DNA from: Pseudomonas aeruginosa
GTDB taxonomy: Bacteria > Pseudomonadota > Gammaproteobacteria > Pseudomonadales > Pseudomonadaceae
Reading direction: 5' to 3'
DNA length: 32,000 nucleotides
Assembly: GCF_001457615.1 (NCBI RefSeq)
Contig: NZ_LN831024.1
Span: forward strand, 3,660,001-3,692,000
Under the pieces are notes generated by a model that had not been told where the DNA came from, did no database searches, and saw nothing but the letters and a program-made list of their open reading frames with translations. This document shows, piece by piece, positions 27,770-32,000 of this stretch (positions within the stretch are counted from its first letter, which is position 1; the number at the start of each line of letters is the position of its first letter). The translations under genes were made by a program, and so were the position numbers.

Positions 27770-30700
27770 CAGAGCTGCACCGGCATGCGGAAGCTGCGCA
27801 GGACCGCGAGATCGAACGGATTCGGCGTGCGCTGGGCGAGCAGCAGGTAGTTGGCGCGCAGGCCGCCCAGGTCGGCCTTGAGCACCATCACGTCACGCCC
27901 GCTGAGGTACTCGGTCTGCATCAGGTCGAACAGCCTGAACAGCGACCAGGGCCCGGTATTGCGTTCGATTCCCACCGGTCGTCCGGCCATCTTCTCCAGC
28001 ACCAGGCTGGTGCGGCCGCCGTCGGCGTCGCTGGGCCACTTGAACGACATCGGCACGATCGGGCCGTGGCGGTACTCCATGGACTGACCGTCGAAACGGA
28101 ACTCGGCGCGGCTGACGCCAGGATCGAGGGTATAGGGCTCCAGGCGGAAGCGCACCTGTGGCTCGGCCGGGTTCTCGGCGAAGAAGCTCTGGCGGATCAC
28201 CTGGGCCGTGCCCATCTGGTCGAGATAGACCTTGGACATCGGCAGGCTGTAACCGTCCACGCTGCGCAGGCGGTAACTGCCCGGGTCGCCGCTGACGAAG
28301 GGCCGCATGTAGGTTTCGAAGAAGCGTTCGGCGACGCCCTGCGCCTTGAAGAACTCGCGGAAATCGCTGACCGCGACATCGCTGGCGCTGTGCGCGTTGA
28401 ACGGGTAGCGCTTGTTGATCGCCTTGCTGTAGAAACCGTACAGCTCGCTCTGGTAGCGCTGGTTGAGGTACAGGTAGGCATCGCCGAGGACCAGCCGCCA
28501 GGCGTCTTCGGCCAGCACGCTGAACCATCCGCCGAGCGGTCGCGGCAGTCGCGCGGAGGCGTTGCGCAGGTTGCTCAGGGCATCGCGCTGGCCACCCATG
28601 CGGCTCTTCGCCATGTCGAAAGCCGCCTGCTCCGGCTGGCTGGCGCGCGCCAGTCCGGCGAGTTGCAACTGCAACTCGTTGAGCGCCTGCAACAGCGGGG
28701 TGAGGTCGGCCGCCGGGCCGTTGTTATCGTCGAGCAGGCGATGCAGGGGCTCGAAGCGGCGTTGCAGGGACTTCTTCGCGGTATCCGGCAGGTTCTTCGC
28801 CAACGCGTCCCTGGCCTTGCCGGCCGCCGCGGCGGCCGCCTTGCCCAGCTTGCCGCCCTTTTCCGCGGCCTTGTCGCTGGCCTCTGCCAGCGCCTCGGCG
28901 CTCTCCGCCAGGACCGGGAAACGGGTGTTCTCACGGACCTCCAGCAACAACTGGAGGATCGGCGAGTTGGCGGCGAGCAGCCCGGAAACCTGGTCGGCGC
29001 CCTCGCCGGCATCGTTGAACGGCAGCAGGCCCAGGCGTCCGACCGCCTCGCTCCAGAAGTTCGCGTAGTCGCGGAAATACAGCTGCTCGAGTTCGACCAT
29101 CAGGCGCCGCAGGTCCATGTCACTGATCCCGCTGCCCTCGCCCAGGACCCAGTTGTCGCGAAGGATGTCGTTGACCAGGCTGGCGCCCTGGACCACGAAG
29201 TATTGCTGGTAGCCCTGCTGGGTGTAGAACCCCGGGATCACGTAGTCGGTGCCGACGAACAGACCGGCCTGCGGCCCCAGGTGCTGGCCGAAGCGATACT
29301 CGGGCAGGCTTCGCGCCTGTTCGCGCAGCACCCGGTAGACCACGTTGGCCAGGGACTCGCTGCGCAGCACCTGGCGTGCCTGGGCCACCAGGGTCTCGTT
29401 CAGCGGATAGCTGAACGGTTGCTCGAGCAGACGGGCGAAATGCGTGTTCAGGCCATTCTGCACGGTGCCGTTGCCGGCATAGCGCTGCGACCAGTCGGTA
29501 GCCACCCAGTCCTTGAGCCATCCGTTCTCGCGGCGCTCGCGCAGATTCAGCATCAGGTAGGCCCGCAGGCTGTTGAGCAGGCGTTCGCGATTCTGCATGT
29601 TGCCGCGGATCTGCGCTTCGAGCATCCGCGCCACGCGCGGCAGCAGTTGCGTCTCCAGCTCGCGGCGATAGGCAGCGGCCAGCGGCGGGTTGACCTCGTT
29701 GCCCTGGTACAGCCCGGCGCGCTCGTGCAGCGAGACTTCCCCTTTGGGCGGAAACACGGTGGTCGCCGCATAGCTGCTATCCAGCGTCTTCAGCGCCGCC
29801 ATGGCGTCGTCGCGCTCGCCAAGCGCCTGGCGCTGCTGGGCCCATTGCTGCGCCAGCTCGCGGACCCGCTCCAGGCGCTCGTGGTTGGCCGAGAAACCGC
29901 CAGCCCAGAGCAGGCCGAATAGCAGAAGGAGCGCCAGCGAACCGACGTACAGGGCGCGCTGGCCCCAGTGGATGCGCGTGCGTTCGCGGCGATCGAGACC
30001 TGCCAGGTTGGCCTCGGGGAAGATCACCTGGCTCAGCAGGTGATGGATGAAGCGCGAGCGCCCGTTGCGCAGGGTCGGCAGCAGGCCGCTGGCGATCCCC
30101 AGGTTGGCGCCGATGCCGGCGGTGTCCTCGTCCAGCTGCTGGGCCAGGTGCGGCGCGCTGGTCAGGTAGAAGCCGCGCAGGCGGCTGGCGCGCTGGTAGC
30201 GGTTGCCGGTGAAGGCGAGTTCGACGAACAGGCACAACCGCTCGCCGATCTGGCCAAGCTGGTGCGGGAAGTCCAGGATGCGACCGCGACGCAGGGTATC
30301 GCGCTCCTGGTGGATGCGCATGATCACCTGGCTGTTCAGGCGTCGCAGAAGGTCCTCGAACGCCTGGCGCAGGACCGTCACATCGGTGCCGTTCTGCTCC
30401 TTGCCGAAGCTGGTGCCCAGAACCTGGTCGCTCTCCTCGCGGCTCAACTGGTCGAAGAACTCGTCGAAGCCGAGCAACTGGTCGGCCTTGCTCAGCACCA
30501 GGTAGACCGGCAGATCGAGGTGCAGGGTCTGCTGGATTTCCTGCAGGCGCGCACGCACCTGGCGAGCCAGCGTATCCAGCGCCATCTCGTCGTCACTGAG
30601 CAACGTTTCTACCGGAATCGACACCATCACGCCATTCAGCGGCCGTGCGCGGCGGCGCTTGCGCAACAGGCCGAGCAGGGTCGCCCAGGCGCCCCCGTCG

Positions 30701-31296
30701 ACCTCGCCGTCGGCTTGGGTCAGGTAGCGCCCGGCGGTGTCGATCAGGACGCCGTGGTCGGCGAAGTACCAGTCGCAGTAGCGCGTGCCGGCGGTGTCGC
30801 GGGTCAGCTTGCGGTCGATCCGGTTGATCGGGAATTCCAGTCCGGAAAAGTCCAGCAGGCTGGTCTTGCCGCTTCCCTGCGGGCCGATCAGCAGGTACCA
30901 GGGCAGCTCGTTGCGCCAGCGCTCGCTGCGACCGCGGTACAGGCTGGAGGTCTTCAGGGTGCGCAAGGCGTCCTTGAAGCGGCTGCGCAATTCCTTCTGT
31001 TCGTCTTCGATCAGACCGTCGCGGCGCAGGCGCTCCTGGCCCTCGTCGCTGTCCTCGACGGCCTTGCGCCGCACTCCGGCGCGCCAGCTGACGAAGACCA
31101 TCGCCAGCCCCCAGACCAGGAACATCAGGCTGATGCTCAGCAACCGCGAGGTCGGGCTTTCCCAGAACTTGTAGTCGGCGACCGCCAGCAGCGGCCCGAC
31201 GAACCACACCAGCAATGCCGCCAGGAGTACCAGCAACAGCGTCCAGACCCACGTCTTGCGCAGGAAGGCGCCGACTTTCTTGAAGAAGTTTTTCAT
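27769..31296 (-). CDS. tssM: T6SS membrane complex protein TssM/IcmF, 1175 aa
   Basis: MKNFFKKVGAFLRKTWVWTLLLVLLAALLVWFVGPLLAV...WYLLIGPQGSGKTSLLDFSGLEFPI (Walker A)...NGVMVSIPVETLL. Confidence 0.97.
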   Translation of the reverse strand: MKNFFKKVGAFLRKTWVWTLLLVLLAALLVWFVGPLLAVADYKFWESPTSRLLSISLMFLVWGLAMVFVSWRAGVRRKAVEDSDEGQERLRRDGLIEDEQKELRSRFKDALRTLKTSSLYRGRSERWRNELPWYLLIGPQGSGKTSLLDFSGLEFPINRIDRKLTRDTAGTRYCDWYFADHGVLIDTAGRYLTQADGEVDGGAWATLLGLLRKRRRARPLNGVMVSIPVETLLSDDEMALDTLARQVRARLQEIQQTLHLDLPVYLVLSKADQLLGFDEFFDQLSREESDQVLGTSFGKEQNGTDVTVLRQAFEDLLRRLNSQVIMRIHQERDTLRRGRILDFPHQLGQIGERLCLFVELAFTGNRYQRASRLRGFYLTSAPHLAQQLDEDTAGIGANLGIASGLLPTLRNGRSRFIHHLLSQVIFPEANLAGLDRRERTRIHWGQRALYVGSLALLLLFGLLWAGGFSANHERLERVRELAQQWAQQRQALGERDDAMAALKTLDSSYAATTVFPPKGEVSLHERAGLYQGNEVNPPLAAAYRRELETQLLPRVARMLEAQIRGNMQNRERLLNSLRAYLMLNLRERRENGWLKDWVATDWSQRYAGNGTVQNGLNTHFARLLEQPFSYPLNETLVAQARQVLRSESLANVVYRVLREQARSLPEYRFGQHLGPQAGLFVGTDYVIPGFYTQQGYQQYFVVQGASLVNDILRDNWVLGEGSGISDMDLRRLMVELEQLYFRDYANFWSEAVGRLGLLPFNDAGEGADQVSGLLAANSPILQLLLEVRENTRFPVLAESAEALAEASDKAAEKGGKLGKAAAAAAGKARDALAKNLPDTAKKSLQRRFEPLHRLLDDNNGPAADLTPLLQALNELQLQLAGLARASQPEQAAFDMAKSRMGGQRDALSNLRNASARLPRPLGGWFSVLAEDAWRLVLGDAYLYLNQRYQSELYGFYSKAINKRYPFNAHSASDVAVSDFREFFKAQGVAERFFETYMRPFVSGDPGSYRLRSVDGYSLPMSKVYLDQMGTAQVIRQSFFAENPAEPQVRFRLEPYTLDPGVSRAEFRFDGQSMEYRHGPIVPMSFKWPSDADGGRTSLVLEKMAGRPVGIERNTGPWSLFRLFDLMQTEYLSGRDVMVLKADLGGLRANYLLLAQRTPNPFDLAVLRSFRMPVQL

Positions 31297-31311
31297 TTCG
31301 CGTCCCTGTGT

Positions 31312-32000
31312 TTACGAACCGGGCTGTCCTGCCGCCGCATCGAGCGACTGGTAAGGCTGCAGCACCGTGTCGCGTTGTTCGCCGAGAACCCAGGCGAATC
31401 CCGAATACATCACCACCAGGCAGACCAGGGTGAACAGCGCCACCATCCACCAGGGCACGATCCGCACCAGGCCGCGACGCTGGTCGCTGAGCCCCTGCCA
31501 GTGCGGCGACAGTTCGCGCGGCACGTCGCCGCGCAACTGGCGGATCTGCCGGTAGAGCGCGTCGGAAATACCGTCCAGGTCGAGCACGCCGCGGGCCATC
31601 ACCCGGTACTTGCCCTCGAAGCCGAGGGCCAGGCAGAGGTACATCAGCTCCAGCATCGGCAGGTGCTTGACCGGGTTCTTCGACAGCCGGTCGAGCAACT
31701 GGAAGAACTTCTCGCCGCCGAAGGTCTCGTTATGGAAGCTGCTCAGCAGGCTGATCTTCGACCATTCGCTTTCGTTGCCCCACGGGGTGGTCACCACCGC
31801 CTCGTCGACCACCGTGCACAGCACGTAGCGCGCCGCCATGACCTGGCTGTTTTCCACGCCATCCTGCACGGCGCGGAATTCGAAGAGCTTCATGGCGGAG
31901 GTCAACCGCTCCTTGAGCGCCGCAAGGTTCTCCAGCACGGTGCTGTGCTTGAGCCGGACCACTTCCGAAAGCAGTTCGGAAGCCGCCGCCACCAGCGGGT
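31312..32000 (-). CDS. tssL: T6SS membrane complex protein TssL/DotU, C-terminal part; N-terminus outside window
   Basis: MAAASELLSEVVRLKHSTVLENLAALKERLTSAMKLFEFRAVQDGVENSQVMAARYVLCTVVDEAVVTTPWGNESEWSKISLLSSFHNETFGGEKFFQLLDRL; TssL signature; open frame runs off the edge. Confidence 0.94.
   Translation of the reverse strand, partial: PLVAAASELLSEVVRLKHSTVLENLAALKERLTSAMKLFEFRAVQDGVENSQVMAARYVLCTVVDEAVVTTPWGNESEWSKISLLSSFHNETFGGEKFFQLLDRLSKNPVKHLPMLELMYLCLALGFEGKYRVMARGVLDLDGISDALYRQIRQLRGDVPRELSPHWQGLSDQRRGLVRIVPWWMVALFTLVCLVVMYSGFAWVLGEQRDTVLQPYQSLDAAAGQPGS

Noticed and set aside
28066-29922. 618-aa plus-strand ORF inside tssM
   Set aside because: Antisense to strongly supported tssM; no domain features.

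Overview
The window matches a chromosomal segment of Pseudomonas aeruginosa. I recognised this from protein content; no database was searched, and PA locus numbers are from memory of PAO1 gene order. From left to right it contains: (1) the type III secretion (T3SS) operons popN-pcr1-pcr2-pcr3-pcr4-pcrD on the minus strand (pcrD truncated by the window edge) and pscN-O-P-Q-R-S-T-U on the plus strand, diverging from about 3140-3331; (2) an LtaS/OpgB-like sulfatase-fold membrane protein paired with a beta-propeller-like protein, then speE, alkA and a small membrane protein; (3) methionine-salvage genes mtnC, mtnD and mtnB, translationally coupled to an MFS transporter, then aroC; (4) mostly plus-strand accessory/housekeeping genes: alpha/beta hydrolase, tail-anchored protein, prmB (minus strand), isochorismatase-like, Smr and folE; (5) a bacteriohemerythrin with an Anr-like box, and a VOC protein; (6) the end of a type VI secretion (T6SS) cluster: stk1, stp1, tssM/icmF and partial tssL/dotU. 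I found no tRNA, rRNA, CRISPR, integrase or transposase, and no convincing wholly new system. The observations most worth checking are an apparent frame disruption in the needle-length ruler gene pscP next to a perfect (ACGCCA)x10 in-frame repeat, a symmetric pair of ExsA-like promoters between popN and pscN, a Cys-to-Ser change at the expected nucleophile of an isochorismatase-like protein, an Anr box ahead of the hemerythrin gene, an internal start candidate in pscQ, and the MFS-mtnB-mtnD-mtnC coupling. The supplied ORF track appears to give the wrong strand for the 700-aa ORF 10007..12109: it is encoded on the minus strand.
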